A DNA stretch of 64,000 nucleotides from an uncultured Pseudomonadota bacterium. Lineage in GTDB: Bacteria; Myxococcota_A; Polyangia; Fen-1088. The stretch covers positions 192,626 through 256,625 of the forward strand of contig CAWKBC010000047.1 in assembly GCA_963847705.1 (NCBI GenBank), given 5' to 3'. Every line of letters begins with the position of its first letter. The first letter of the stretch is position 1. The position numbers and the translations under genes were made by a program. Shown here piece by piece: positions 9,895 through 20,400 of this stretch. The notes below the pieces were generated by a model. That model ran no database searches, was not told where the DNA came from, and saw nothing but the letters and a program-made list of their open reading frames with translations.

Positions 9895-11424
9895 ATGGAG
9901 CTGGAGTCCAATATCAAGACCATCGCCGAAGCGTTCGATGGGGCTCTCGATCCTGTAGTTGCTGTCGGCCACGGCGGAGTCGTGCTCTACGCCAACCCGG
10001 CGGCCCGCCACCGCTGGCCCGACCATCCTTCGATCGCGTCCATCTCGCCGTTGGGGGACGCGCTGGCCCGGGTGCTTCCAACAGGCGAACCGGCACGATT
10101 CCAATGGGGCGACACGTCTCCAGCTGGTGTCAGGTCGTGGTACGCATCCGCGGTGTCGCCGATCCGCGACGGCCAACGGACGGTTGCATGGCTCTGCGTC
10201 TCGACGGAGGTGACCGAGCTGAAGAGGAATGAGGAGCGCTTGCTGCGAGCCGAAAAGCTGATGGTCGACACCCAGGGCGTCGCCCATCTGGGCACCTGGG
10301 AGTGGGACCTCAGTGAACCGCACGCGTTTTGGTCGGCAGAGCTGTTTCGCATCTATGGACTGACACCCGAGACCTACACGCCGAGTTACGAGGCCTATCT
10401 CACCATGGTGCACCCGGATGATCGGCAGCGGGTGATGGACGCAACCAATCGCGTGTTCCATGAGCACATTCCGTACTCTCACGACGAGCGTATCTTCCGG
10501 CCAGACGGATCCATGCGCTACCTGCACACCTGGGCCCATCCTATTCTCGATGATGAGGGCAAGTTGCGCCGGCTCGTGGGCGTCTGCCAGGACATCACCG
10601 AGCTCAAGGAGGTGGAGCGGCAGGTTCGCGAGATGAACGCCGATCTCGAACGTCGCGTCGGCGAGCGCACGCGCCAGCTCGAGGCGTCGATGCGTGATCT
10701 GGAATCGTTCAATGCCATGATCAGTCACGATCTCCGCGCGCCTCTCAATGTGATCGAATTGGCGTCAACGACGATCGGTCGGCTTCCGGAGGCGGCCCGC
10801 GCCACGGAGCGCATCCGTCGCGCCGTCGGACAGATGACAATGCTGATCGACGACCTCCTCGGTCTCGCTCATATCGGTGAAGCGACCCTGCGCTGGGGGC
10901 CAGTCGACATATCCGGGATGGCCCGGGAGATCCTGGCAGATCTCAAGCAGTCCTCCCCGACGCGGGCCGTCCAGGTGGATATTGAGGACGGGATTACCTG
11001 CTTCGGAGACCCGGGCCTGATGCGGGCCGCGCTTCAGAACCTTCTGGAGAATGCCTGGAAGTACACGTCTCGTGCTGCTGCTCCGACAATCTCCGTGGCG
11101 ACGACGATCGAATACGGTCCGCGGGTCCTCGTTGTGAGCGACAACGGGGCCGGGTTCGACATGAAGGACGCCGAGCGACTGTTCCGGCCCTTCCAGCGCT
11201 TGCACGCGGACAGTGAGTTCACTGGCACCGGCGTGGGCCTCGCCTCAGTGCAAAGGATCCTGGAGCGGCACGGCGCGCGCATCTGGGCGGAAGGCGTGCC
11301 GGGCAAGGGTGCAAACTTTTTTGCCGAGCTGCCGGACGCCGAGTCGGGGCCCATTCAAGCGCGCCGGGAGCCCGCAGCGCCGGACTCGCAGACTCGCAGA
11401 CCCGTGCCGATGCCATCACCGTAA
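9895..11424 (+). CDS. PAS/PAC sensor histidine kinase
   Basis: PAS_3 (GTWEWDL, VHPDDR, RPDGS), SHDLRAPL, NAWKYT, DNGAGF, GTGVGL. Start uncertain (9847 or 9895). Confidence 0.88.
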   Translation: MELESNIKTIAEAFDGALDPVVAVGHGGVVLYANPAARHRWPDHPSIASISPLGDALARVLPTGEPARFQWGDTSPAGVRSWYASAVSPIRDGQRTVAWLCVSTEVTELKRNEERLLRAEKLMVDTQGVAHLGTWEWDLSEPHAFWSAELFRIYGLTPETYTPSYEAYLTMVHPDDRQRVMDATNRVFHEHIPYSHDERIFRPDGSMRYLHTWAHPILDDEGKLRRLVGVCQDITELKEVERQVREMNADLERRVGERTRQLEASMRDLESFNAMISHDLRAPLNVIELASTTIGRLPEAARATERIRRAVGQMTMLIDDLLGLAHIGEATLRWGPVDISGMAREILADLKQSSPTRAVQVDIEDGITCFGDPGLMRAALQNLLENAWKYTSRAAAPTISVATTIEYGPRVLVVSDNGAGFDMKDAERLFRPFQRLHADSEFTGTGVGLASVQRILERHGARIWAEGVPGKGANFFAELPDAESGPIQARREPAAPDSQTRRPVPMPSP

Positions 11425-11707
11425 CGACAAGCCGGGACCCGGGAGGGGTGCGCTTGGGCGCGGTCCTTTCAGGCGCGTCCGGCATGCTGACGCCGCTCGA
11501 AGTTTTGCTTGCGGCGAGACCCTTGTCGTTGACGCTTGCGTCCCTTATTCCCGGAGGGCTTCAGGGAGACAACGGATCCGAATCGTCGAGCGGGTCCGGC
11601 GAGAAGGGGGCGCCCCCGGACGTATCGCCGATGTGAACGCGGGCTCGGGGCTGCGCAGGGCGCTACCCCGGAGGCGCGCCCGGTCGGCTCCAGGAAGTTC
11701 GACGCAT

Positions 11708-12151
11708 TCAACCGGCCCTGACCGAGATCTGCCTGGGCCGCGCCTTCTCCACCTTCGGAAGCTCCAGCCTGAGCACGCCGTTGTCGAGCTGCGCGTCGAT
11801 CTTCATCTGATCGATCGTCTCCGACAGGCTGAATTGACGGAAGAACACTCCCGACTCGTATTCCCGGAGGACGTCGGCCTCTCTGGCGGTCTCCGGCGGC
11901 GTGACCTGCCCGGTCAGCGTCAGAACGCTTTCGCGGAGGTCAATCTTCAAGTCTTGAGCCTTCACACCCGGCATGTCCGCGAAGACGGTGATCGAGCTTT
12001 CGTTCTCGAAGATGTCGACGGCTGGCGAGTAGACGGGCCCCGGGCGGGTCTGCTCGGGAACCGTCGGAACGGTTCCTGCTTCGGATTTCTGGACGTCTGT
12101 TCTTGTTTCCCTTGCCATGGCGTTTCCCTCCTCTGGCGTCGGCGCGCTCAT
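11708..12151 (-). CDS. Hsp20/alpha-crystallin small heat shock protein
   Basis: PAVDIFE, ADMPGV, FFRQFSL, LDNGVLRLELPK, PRQISV. Confidence 0.93.
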   Translation of the reverse strand: MSAPTPEEGNAMARETRTDVQKSEAGTVPTVPEQTRPGPVYSPAVDIFENESSITVFADMPGVKAQDLKIDLRESVLTLTGQVTPPETAREADVLREYESGVFFRQFSLSETIDQMKIDAQLDNGVLRLELPKVEKARPRQISVRAG

Positions 12152-12606
12152 GCCCTCACCGTGATCTGACGCGGCTTCGCTTGCTCCGCCTTGGGCAGCC
12201 TGAGCGTAAGGATGCCCTCGGCGTAGCGAGCCTCGACCCCTTCCGCGTCGATCTCGGTCGGAAGCGTCACCGTGCGGTTGAACGATCCCTCGGCCCTCTC
12301 TTTGCGGTGGTAGCTGACCTGCTCGTGCTCTCGGGGAATCTCGCGTTGCCCCGAAATGGACACGCGATTCCGGAGCGCGGAGATCGAAATGTCGGCCGGC
12401 TTCATGCCTGGAACCTCGGCGCGCAGATAGAAGGCGTCGTCGTCCTGCGTGACGTTCATCGGCGGGAAGACGCCGGCGCCCGTCCGGGCCACAGTATCGC
12501 CCGCGGCCGTGTCGAAGAGACGCAGCACCTCGCGCCGCATCTGATCGAAGTCTGAAAATGGGTTTTCGAACGTCGGCCGCGAGGGCCAGACTCGTCGCAC
12601 AAGCAT
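12148..12606 (-). CDS. Hsp20/alpha-crystallin small heat shock protein
   Basis: FPPMNV, AEVPG, ERAEGSFNR, GILTLRLPK, KPRQITV; AGGAGG RBS. Confidence 0.93.
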   Translation of the reverse strand: MLVRRVWPSRPTFENPFSDFDQMRREVLRLFDTAAGDTVARTGAGVFPPMNVTQDDDAFYLRAEVPGMKPADISISALRNRVSISGQREIPREHEQVSYHRKERAEGSFNRTVTLPTEIDAEGVEARYAEGILTLRLPKAEQAKPRQITVRA

Positions 12607-12711
12607 GGTTGACCTCCTTGGTGGGTTGCCCGAGAAAACGATCCGGGTCGTTGTGGTTTGTCAGCTAAACACGCGGGTTTTGGCGTCAAGTGGGTCGCGG
12701 TGCGCGCACCC

Positions 12712-13002
12712 TCAGGCGTACATCTGGCCGGCGCCGCAAGAGCGGGGTGCCAGCGGCGGCGCGGGAATGAGGTCGCCGTGCCGGGGGCCAAATTCGCTCG
12801 GGTCGGCACCGGCGGCGCTCTTCGACAGATCCAATCGATCAATCGCAGCGAGTCCCACCTGCCGCTCGATGGCCGCCAGGGCGAGCAAGGTCGGGCAGTC
12901 CGTCGAGACGGTCCGGTCGACTAGCTCGACTGAATACCCGTAGGACTCGAGCACGCCCCGAACAGATCGAGCAGAGATCGCATGTGAAAGCGTAACGCGC
13001 AT
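12712..13002 (-). CDS. Hypothetical protein
   Basis: 96-aa ORF with GAGGAGGA upstream; no recognisable family. Confidence 0.35.
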   Translation of the reverse strand: MRVTLSHAISARSVRGVLESYGYSVELVDRTVSTDCPTLLALAAIERQVGLAAIDRLDLSKSAAGADPSEFGPRHGDLIPAPPLAPRSCGAGQMYA

Positions 13003-13157
13003 CTGTCTCGTCCTCCTCGGGGCACCGAATAATCACCTTCTCGCGAGCGACAAGCGGCGATGGAAGGTCGGTCCCGGCAGCCCATCGTCGGAAGAATTGT
13101 GGGGAAGAATTTTCCCGTACCCACGGTTTCGGAAGCAACTGCCCAGGGAGCTCGATC

Positions 13158-14702
13158 ATGCGCTTCGTTCACAACGCGGCGATATTCGCGGCCTTAGGCG
13201 CCGCGGGCGTATCTTGGTCCTGCAACGGGAGAGGCCTGGCGGCCAGCGCACCCGGAGACCAGGCGCCTCGAGCCGCCGTCCCGCCGGCCCGCGACCGCTC
13301 ACCGCCAGTCGCGGCCGTCAGTCCTCGCACGGAGACGCCCGACGTGGCCCGGACGCTCTCGAGGGCCTTTGCCGCGACGGCGAAGGCTGTCCGGGCGAGC
13401 GTCGTCCGGATCGACGTGCGCAAGCAGCGGCCAGCAATCGCGCAGGGACGCGGGTACCCCTGGGGCGGGGGAGCGCCCTTTGGAAACGCCCCGCCGTCCT
13501 TCCTTCCTTTCCAGTTCGGCGGAGCCCCGGACTCTCCGGGCCCCGCGACGCCCGTTGGCGGCACCGGGTCGGGCATCATCATCGACACCGCTGGCAACAT
13601 CGTCACGAACAGCCACGTGGTCGACGGCTTTTCCGAGATCGAGGTGACGCTCTCGGACGGACAGCAGATCCCGGCCAGGCTGATCGGGAAGGACAGCCGT
13701 ACCGACGTCGCGGTGGTGCGGCTCGAACGCGTCCCCAAGGATCTCGTGGCGGCGCGCCTCGGCGACTCGAATCAGATCGAGGTCGGAGAGTGGGTGCTCG
13801 CCATCGGCAGCCCGCTCGGACTGGAGCAGACGGTGACGGCAGGAATCGTGAGCGGCAAGGGTCACGTCGGGCGATTCGTGCGGATGTCCGGCGATCGCGT
13901 GCGCGAGTACATCCAGACCGACGCCAAGATCAATCCCGGCAACTCCGGCGGGCCGCTCGTGAATCTCGACGGCGAGGTCGTCGGGCTCAACACCCTCATC
14001 AAAACGGGCGCAGGCGGCGCCTACGGCTTCGCCGTGCCGGTCAACGAGGTGCGGCGCGTGGCGCAAGCCTTGCTGATGGACGGTCGGGTCCGCTACCCCT
14101 TCTTCGGTGTCAGCGTCAAAGACCTCGACGGTCTCGAAGGGGCAGTCAAGGAACAGCTCGGACCGAAGGCGCCTTCACAGGGAGCCTACGTCACGGTGGT
14201 CACGCTCGGCAGCCCGGCGGCGGCCGCCGGCGTCAGGCAGGGGGACGTGATCACGAAGCTGGACGGTGAGGCGATCAGAAGCAGCGCCGACGTGGTCGAT
14301 TACGTCTCCTCGCGCGCGCTCGGGGCGTCGATGACAGTGACGTTGTTCCGAGCCGGCGACCTGCGGCAGCTCAACGCGAGGTTGACCGCGGCTCCCGGCG
14401 ACTCCGACGACCGGAACGAGGTGCCTGCGCTGGGCCTGACGTTACAGTCGCTGACGCCGCTTCTCGCGGGATCGTTCGGGCTCCCGCCGGGAACGAGGGG
14501 CGTCGCGATCGCCGAGGTCGCGCCCGGGAGTCCGGGCGCGCGGGCCGGGCTGAAAGGGGGGGAAGTCATCCTCGATGTCGATCACCGGCCCGTGGTCACC
14601 GCGGAGGACGCGAGCCGAATCGTCGGCGGCGGGATGGCCCATCTCCTGCGTGTCTACGATCGCGCAGGTATCCGCTTCGTGACCGTTCAAGGAGCGGGAT
14701 AG
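13158..14702 (+). CDS. HtrA/DegP-like serine protease with two PDZ domains, probable lipoprotein
   Basis: TNSHVV, DVAVV, IQTDAKINPGNSGGPL triad; two GSP(A/G)A..AG PDZ motifs. Confidence 0.93.
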   Translation: MRFVHNAAIFAALGAAGVSWSCNGRGLAASAPGDQAPRAAVPPARDRSPPVAAVSPRTETPDVARTLSRAFAATAKAVRASVVRIDVRKQRPAIAQGRGYPWGGGAPFGNAPPSFLPFQFGGAPDSPGPATPVGGTGSGIIIDTAGNIVTNSHVVDGFSEIEVTLSDGQQIPARLIGKDSRTDVAVVRLERVPKDLVAARLGDSNQIEVGEWVLAIGSPLGLEQTVTAGIVSGKGHVGRFVRMSGDRVREYIQTDAKINPGNSGGPLVNLDGEVVGLNTLIKTGAGGAYGFAVPVNEVRRVAQALLMDGRVRYPFFGVSVKDLDGLEGAVKEQLGPKAPSQGAYVTVVTLGSPAAAAGVRQGDVITKLDGEAIRSSADVVDYVSSRALGASMTVTLFRAGDLRQLNARLTAAPGDSDDRNEVPALGLTLQSLTPLLAGSFGLPPGTRGVAIAEVAPGSPGARAGLKGGEVILDVDHRPVVTAEDASRIVGGGMAHLLRVYDRAGIRFVTVQGAG

Positions 14703-14725
14703 CGCGTTTTGAGGGAGGAACGAAG

Positions 14726-14998
14726 ATGAGCGACCCAGAAGGTGACGTCAACAAATCGACAGAGATCCGGCACCTCCTCCGCACGGTGAAGACTGCGCTG
14801 GAGCTGGCCGTTGTTGCCCGAGCGCCCGTGGACCTGATCAACCGGCTCGGCCGGGCGTCGGGCTTGCTCGATGCCGTCAGCCAGCTCCCGCTCGACGGAG
14901 GGCCCGCGCAAGCGATGACTGTCGGCCTCATCAACGACGCCCACGTCGCGGTCGACACCTGGAAGCGATGGGAGAAGGGACGTACGCCTGCCGCGTGA
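14726..14998 (+). CDS. Hypothetical helical protein
   Basis: 90-aa ORF with a strong GGGAGG RBS directly after htrA. Confidence 0.6.
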   Translation: MSDPEGDVNKSTEIRHLLRTVKTALELAVVARAPVDLINRLGRASGLLDAVSQLPLDGGPAQAMTVGLINDAHVAVDTWKRWEKGRTPAA

Positions 14999-15041
14999 CT
15001 GGCCACGAGATGGGCGCCACGGAGGTCGGCGATCCCATTCG

Positions 15042-15671
15042 TCACAGCCCGGAGACGAGACCCGTGGCCGATGCTTCCATCCCGCCCTTGACTTGGTTGG
15101 AAGGTCGCTGCGCTCGGCGTCGGACGAAGGCTTCCCAGATGCGCTTTGCGAGACGTGTGGTTCGTTCACCGAGGAGCTCCATGCCTTCAAGGCACAGAGG
15201 TATTCCTCTCTGACGAGAATGAGGAGACCTGTTCGTGGAGGCTGTGAGAAACGAGGCGTCGGGTCTCCCTGGCGGGGCTGGTCCTGGCCTCGAAGATGAG
15301 TACGCGACGGCAAGCCGTCGTGCGATGATCGGTAACTGAGCACTGCAATCGCGATCATTGCGCGCCGTAACGTTCTCGTGCCGTGACGCGACGTCCACGG
15401 GACCGCGAAGATCCTTCGTGACCCACACCTTTGTTGGAGTATGGATTGCATTGATCCCCGCCTTGATGGCTGCGGCTATCTGGCAGGCCGGCCTGCGGTC
15501 GTTCCCGCTTTCGGCGACGTACTCCGTGGGTGGGAACACAGCACAACGATCTCGACGGAGCAGGTAACCATTCCCCTTCATGAGCTCGTGCACCTTGTCG
15601 TAAAGATGTCGCCTTGCTCGCCAGTGTAGCGGGACGTTGAGCAGCTTGATCCTGATGCTAACCTTGCCCAT
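15042..15671 (-). CDS. Hypothetical protein, N-terminal part weakly GhoS/DUF2622-like
   Basis: ATG 15671 follows a duplicated GGAGG; IRIKL...LYDKVHELMKGNGY...FPPTEY. C-terminal half is doubtful. Confidence 0.35.
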   Translation of the reverse strand: MGKVSIRIKLLNVPLHWRARRHLYDKVHELMKGNGYLLRRDRCAVFPPTEYVAESGNDRRPACQIAAAIKAGINAIHTPTKVWVTKDLRGPVDVASRHENVTARNDRDCSAQLPIIARRLAVAYSSSRPGPAPPGRPDASFLTASTNRSPHSRQRGIPLCLEGMELLGERTTRLAKRIWEAFVRRRAQRPSNQVKGGMEASATGLVSGL

Positions 15672-15675
15672 ACAA

Positions 15676-15720
15676 CGAATTCCTCCTCCGTCCCTTCGAA
15701 TTCCTCCTCCGTCCCTTCGA
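15676..15720. repeat. 21-bp perfect tandem duplication
   Basis: cgaattcctcctccgtccctt x2 plus cga. Confidence 0.9.
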
Positions 15721-15917
15721 GAGGGCCGTCGAGGGTGCCCCGGCTGCACGGATCCTTGTCCCGTGCCCGCACGTCTCGCGCGCGAGCGTTCGAGAAAGCG
15801 AGCCCGCCTCCTTGGCGTGGCGACTGAGCCGTTCGAGCCGCGCCCCGTCGCTCCGCACCGGCACCCGCTGACCAGTGCTCCGCTTGCTGTCCGAAGTACT
15901 CCTGGTCGCGATCTTCT

Positions 15918-16124
15918 TCAGTTGACGTCAATGTCGACCGTCTCACCCTGCTTGACCACTTCCGGTTCTAGAGTGACGTTGTCGAACAGCCAAAGCGTCA
16001 AAAGGACGAGGGTTGCTACCGACCCGAGGGTTAGAAAGGTCAAGAGCATCCTGAGACGCCACCTTCGCCGAGCGCTACTCTCGACGGTCCGTTGCCGCCT
16101 GTTCCTGCTCGTCGACTCTCCCAC
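15918..16124 (-). CDS. Small single-TM hypothetical protein
   Basis: Basic N-terminus, one hydrophobic helix, GGGAGG upstream. Confidence 0.45.
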   Translation of the reverse strand: MGESTSRNRRQRTVESSARRRWRLRMLLTFLTLGSVATLVLLTLWLFDNVTLEPEVVKQGETVDIDVN

Positions 16125-16220
16125 GCGAGTCGACTGTGCCCGCCTCCCTGAGCCGGCGGTATCGGTCGGTTTTCCGAATCTCGTGTCGGGTTCCGTCCTA
16201 CACGATGTAGGAGCCCTCGG

Positions 16221-16850
16221 TCAGTCCACCAGGCCCCATGACAGCGCGTATCGAATGAGCTCGGCGTTCGATCGCAGCCGAGTCTTCTCCAGCAGGCGCG
16301 TGCGGTAAGTGCTGATGGTCTTTTCGCTGAGCGACAGCTCGCCGGCGATCTCCTTGACGGTCCGGCCCTTGGCGAGCATGCGCAGCACCTGCAGCTCGCG
16401 ATCCGAAAGGGTCTCGTGCGCCCCCGACTGACTGCCTCCGGCCAGCACGTCCACCAGCCGCTCGGCGACCGCCTCACTGACATACTTGCCCCCGGCGAGC
16501 GCCTTGCGCACGGCGCGCACCAGCTCTTCCACCGCGCAGTCCTTCGTCAGATATCCGCAGGCGCCCGCCCTGAGGGCACGGACAGCGTACTGCTCCTCGG
16601 CGTGCTGGCTCAGGATGAGAACGGGCAGGTCGGGCGCTTCGGCGTGCAGCTGCTTCAGCGCATCCATGCCGCCGCGCCGGGGCATGCTGATGTCCAGCAC
16701 GACGAGCTCGAAGGCGCTCTTCCGCGCGTATGACAGCGCCTCCTCGCCCGTCGCGGCTTCGGAGAATTCGGCGTCACCGAACGCCTCTCTCAACAGGTCT
16801 CGGACCCCCCTGCGAACGAGGGCGTGGTCATCGACGAGGAGCACCTTCAT
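16221..16850 (-). CDS. NarL/LuxR-family response regulator
   Basis: VLLVDDH, LDISMP, GYLTK, LSDRELQV, LSEKTISTYR. Confidence 0.95.
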   Translation of the reverse strand: MKVLLVDDHALVRRGVRDLLREAFGDAEFSEAATGEEALSYARKSAFELVVLDISMPRRGGMDALKQLHAEAPDLPVLILSQHAEEQYAVRALRAGACGYLTKDCAVEELVRAVRKALAGGKYVSEAVAERLVDVLAGGSQSGAHETLSDRELQVLRMLAKGRTVKEIAGELSLSEKTISTYRTRLLEKTRLRSNAELIRYALSWGLVD

Positions 16851-18166
16851 GGACCGCTCGTGGAGGCCCTGGGCAGGGCCACCCTGGCCACCGAGCCCTT
16901 GCCCGGCGCCCCCTCGATGACGAACGTGCCCCCCAGGGCCGTCGCCCGTTCGCGGATGCCGAGAAGGCCAAGCGAGCGAGCGCTGGTGGACTCGGCCAAC
17001 ACGATGCCGCGCCCGTCATCGCGCACCTCCAGGACCAATGTCGCCTGCGAAGCCTCCAGACGAACCGCGACCCGGCTGGCCTGGGCATGCCTGGCAATGT
17101 TGGTCAGCAGCTCCTGGAATATGCGGAACAAAGCCGTCGCCAGCGGGCCTTCGACGACGAGGTCCGGTCGTGGCGCGTCCAACGTCACCGTCAGGCCGGA
17201 ACGTCGCTCGTACTCGCGTGTCTGCCACTCGAGCGCGGACACCAACCCCAAATCGTCGAGCACCGCAGGCCGCAGGTCGGTCGCAATCCGGCGAACCGTT
17301 CCTATCCCCGACTCGATCACCGCTTGCATGGATTCAAGACGTTCGAGGATGTCGGCCCGCGCCGGAACCGACCCCTTCCGTCCGTCGGCAACCTCCTTGA
17401 GGCGGCGCCCGATCCAGGCCACGTCCATCTTCAGGCCCGTGAGCTCCTGGCCCAGCACGTCGTGGATCTCACGCGCCAGCTGGGTGCGCTCTTCCTCGCG
17501 AACCGTCTGCAGGTGAGCCGCCAGCGTCCGCAAGCGGCGCTCGGACGCCGCGAGCTCCAGCGCGATCCGCTTGGCGCGCAATTCGCTGGCCTTCAGACTG
17601 GCGGTGCGGCGCCGAACGCGGTGCTCGAGGTTGCGGTTGGCATCCGCCAGCATGTTCTCGCCTTTTCGGCGAAGGGTATCGTCGAGCACGAAGCAGACGC
17701 ATTGGCCGCGGTCCCGATCCAGTAGTGTCGCCCCGATCACGACGGGAACGCGCGACCCATCACGACGCTGATATTCCTTGAGATAGGGCGCCATGTACCC
17801 CAAGCGCCGCAGCTGATCGACGGCTGCGTCGTCGGCGGGCAACCACTCCGGCGGGGTCAGCTGCCGCCACTCGACCAGGCCCTGCTCGAGCTCGACTCTG
17901 TCGCACCCGACGATGCGCAGGTACTCGTCGTTGGCGTCCAGGATGCGGCCCGTGAAGTCCGCAACGATGAACCCGATGGACTTCGACTGAAACAAGGCCT
18001 GATAGCGGGACTCACTGGCATTCACCTCGGCCTTGGCCGGACGGTGGTCGGCGTTCCCCGCCTCGAGCGGCGACGCGCGCTGGTCCTGAGGTCGGTCCCG
18101 GTCCGCCGCCCCCGACGCGCTCGCGGCGAAATGATCTCTGCTCGTCATTGCACAACGTTCTCCCAC
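16847..18166 (-). CDS. PAS sensor histidine kinase, HisKA_3 type
   Basis: EEERTQLAREIHDVLGQ, LRPAVLDDLGL, QELLTNIARHA, DDGRG, GLLGIRER; overlaps the regulator start. Confidence 0.92.
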   Translation of the reverse strand: MGERCAMTSRDHFAASASGAADRDRPQDQRASPLEAGNADHRPAKAEVNASESRYQALFQSKSIGFIVADFTGRILDANDEYLRIVGCDRVELEQGLVEWRQLTPPEWLPADDAAVDQLRRLGYMAPYLKEYQRRDGSRVPVVIGATLLDRDRGQCVCFVLDDTLRRKGENMLADANRNLEHRVRRRTASLKASELRAKRIALELAASERRLRTLAAHLQTVREEERTQLAREIHDVLGQELTGLKMDVAWIGRRLKEVADGRKGSVPARADILERLESMQAVIESGIGTVRRIATDLRPAVLDDLGLVSALEWQTREYERRSGLTVTLDAPRPDLVVEGPLATALFRIFQELLTNIARHAQASRVAVRLEASQATLVLEVRDDGRGIVLAESTSARSLGLLGIRERATALGGTFVIEGAPGKGSVARVALPRASTSGP

Positions 18167-18224
18167 ACCGACGGCCCCCCAACTCGCCGGAGTTTTGATT
18201 GTACCGTCGCGCTTCTTTCGCGTC

Positions 18225-18545
18225 TACGCGTTCCCGCCGACGTTGTCGACGGCCCGCGCGTGGCTGGACGAGAGCTTCTCGTCGAGCGCCGTCCGGCGTT
18301 CGGACACGGCGGCCGTCGTGGCCACGGTCGACGGCGGCGCGCGCCGCGGCCTGGGCCTCGGCGAGCCGGGTGATGTCGAGCTTGACCGTCAGGAGATTGC
18401 CTGACGTTCCGAGGGTGTTGGACAGGCGGACCGTATCGCGGCCCGTGGCCAGCACAGAATGCCCAGCCGCCAGCGCAGCCTTGGCAATCTCGACCCCCAT
18501 GCCGCGTCCGGCGCCCGTGATGAACCAGACCTTTTTGCTTTCCAT
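18225..18545 (-). pseudogene. Truncated short-chain dehydrogenase (SDR)
   Basis: MESKKVWFITGAGRGMG...LDIT...AAVDR, then homology is lost before the NNAG and YxxxK motifs; divergent from LysR. Confidence 0.75.
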
Positions 18546-18620
18546 GAGCACAGTCTGCGGCCGGGGCCGGCGCGGAACCATGCTTCACTTTCTTCAAAGA
18601 CTCGGTAGCCTGGCTACATA

Positions 18621-19643
18621 ATGCATCGCCGCACTTTCGAGTCGCTCACGGCCTTCGCCACGATCGTCGAACGCGGAAGCTTCGTGCGGGCCGCGGCGCA
18701 TCTGGGGATCACGCCATCGGCGCTGAGCCAGACGATCCGCGCGCTCGAAGAGGAGCTGGGGGTCCCGCTGCTTCATCGCACCACCCGCAGTGTCGGCCCC
18801 ACGGCGGCGGGTGAGAAGCTGCTCGCGCGGCTGGCCCCGACCTTGCGCGAGCTCGATGCCGCCGTGACGGAGACGATTGCCAACCGGGCGGACGGCAAGC
18901 CGGCTGGATGGGTTCGCGTCAGCACCTCGAAGGCGGCCTCGGAGATCGTCATCGCGCCCAGGCTGGGGACCTTCCTGTCCACCTACCCTGACGTGGTGCT
19001 CGAGTTGGTGAGCGACGACCGTCTGGTAGACATCGTCGCGGAGCGCTTCGACGCGGGCATTCGCCTCGGTGAGCAGGTCGTGCGGGACATGGTCGCGGTT
19101 CAGATAGGCGGACGCCAGCGGTTGGTGGTCGTGGGAACGCCGAGCTACTTCGCTCGCCACGGGCGCCCTCGGCAACCAAAGGACCTGCTCACGCACCGGT
19201 GCGTCGTGCACTCCAGGTCGGGTGGCGAGGCTTACCGGTGGGAGCTGGAGAAGGGGGGCCGCGAGCGCCAAATCGCGGTGACCGGCGCGCTGTTGGAGGA
19301 CGACCCGCGTATCGCGGAGCTCGCGGTGTTGACCGGCGAGGTGATCGGCTTCGCGTTCGAGGCCCAGGTGGCACCCCATCTCGCCAGCGGCGCCCTCGAA
19401 AGTGTGCTCGATGACTGGTGCCCAAGCTTCCCGGGGTTTCACCTCTACTACCCGAGCCGCCGCCAGGTCACGCCCGCGCTCCGCGCGTTCATCGACGTCA
19501 TGAAGGGCGACGCCCAAAGGGAGGACGGCGCTCGTCGACGGAAGCACCAGCGCCCGACCGCTCTGACCATCGACGACGTCGAGCGCGACGACACGCGAGC
19601 GAAGCAGGCGCTGCGGGGGGAAAGAACCCACCGGCTAAAGTAG
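18621..19643 (+). CDS. LysR-family regulator
   Basis: GSFVRAAAHLGITPSALS, LLHRTTRSV, FDAGIRLGE, FPGFHLYYPSRR. Confidence 0.93.
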   Translation: MHRRTFESLTAFATIVERGSFVRAAAHLGITPSALSQTIRALEEELGVPLLHRTTRSVGPTAAGEKLLARLAPTLRELDAAVTETIANRADGKPAGWVRVSTSKAASEIVIAPRLGTFLSTYPDVVLELVSDDRLVDIVAERFDAGIRLGEQVVRDMVAVQIGGRQRLVVVGTPSYFARHGRPRQPKDLLTHRCVVHSRSGGEAYRWELEKGGRERQIAVTGALLEDDPRIAELAVLTGEVIGFAFEAQVAPHLASGALESVLDDWCPSFPGFHLYYPSRRQVTPALRAFIDVMKGDAQREDGARRRKHQRPTALTIDDVERDDTRAKQALRGERTHRLK

Positions 19644-19926
19644 CCCCTGAGAGGACGAAGTGCGTGAGGTGGCGGCTCTACAGAAACGGATCTTCTACCG
19701 CCGCGACGGACCATGGGTGCGGGCTATCGACCGGCGACGCTGGTCGCTCAGGAGGGGTGCCATCCGGATTGCGACGATCTAACAGCGGGCCGGCGCGGGT
19801 TGGCCTGCGAAATATTTTCGCAGGCCCCCGGCAGCAACGTGACGCTGCGCATGGCCCGATCGCTCTCATCGCGTGCGAAGTTTTAACGCATTCCCGATCG
19901 CGTCTTCGTGGCACATAGTCGCGCGC

Positions 19927-20400
19927 ATGGCTCAGATGCGGTCCGGCGTCCCGCTGCTCGCGCTGACGGTGGTCCTGGTGACCGCCGCCTGTAACGGCAG
20001 CCCGGGGATCCCGACCTCCGCCCCGTTGGTCTTCCCGGGATCGCCCGCCGCCACGGTGGCGTCCGCCTCCGGTAACCTCAGCATCGACGTCTGGTGGTCG
20101 CCCGCCCAGCCGATCGTCGGGTACGACGCGACCCAGCTCGCGATCTCGGACGCCAATGGCTCGCCCGTCTCGGGGCTGGCCCTGACGATTGTTCCCTGGA
20201 TGCCCGCGCACGGACACGGCGCGTCCGTGGAACCGACGGTCACGGAGATCTCGCCAGGGACGTACGTCGCCACGCCCATCGATTTCTTCATGGCGGGAGA
20301 GTGGGAGCTGCGCACCGCAATCACAAACGCGGCCGACGGCGGTGGCACCGACGCGGCCATGATCGACGACAGCGCCGCTCCGACCGTCAATGTCCCGTGA
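19927..20400 (+). CDS. YtkA/FixH-like lipoprotein
   Basis: Lipobox VTAAC; PWMPAHGHG and FFMAGEWEL motifs. Confidence 0.75.
   Translation: MAQMRSGVPLLALTVVLVTAACNGSPGIPTSAPLVFPGSPAATVASASGNLSIDVWWSPAQPIVGYDATQLAISDANGSPVSGLALTIVPWMPAHGHGASVEPTVTEISPGTYVATPIDFFMAGEWELRTAITNAADGGGTDAAMIDDSAAPTVNVP

Noticed and set aside
12607-13157. CIRCE heat-shock operator between hsp20 and htrA
   Set aside because: No TTAGCACTC-N9-GAGTGCTAA match was seen.
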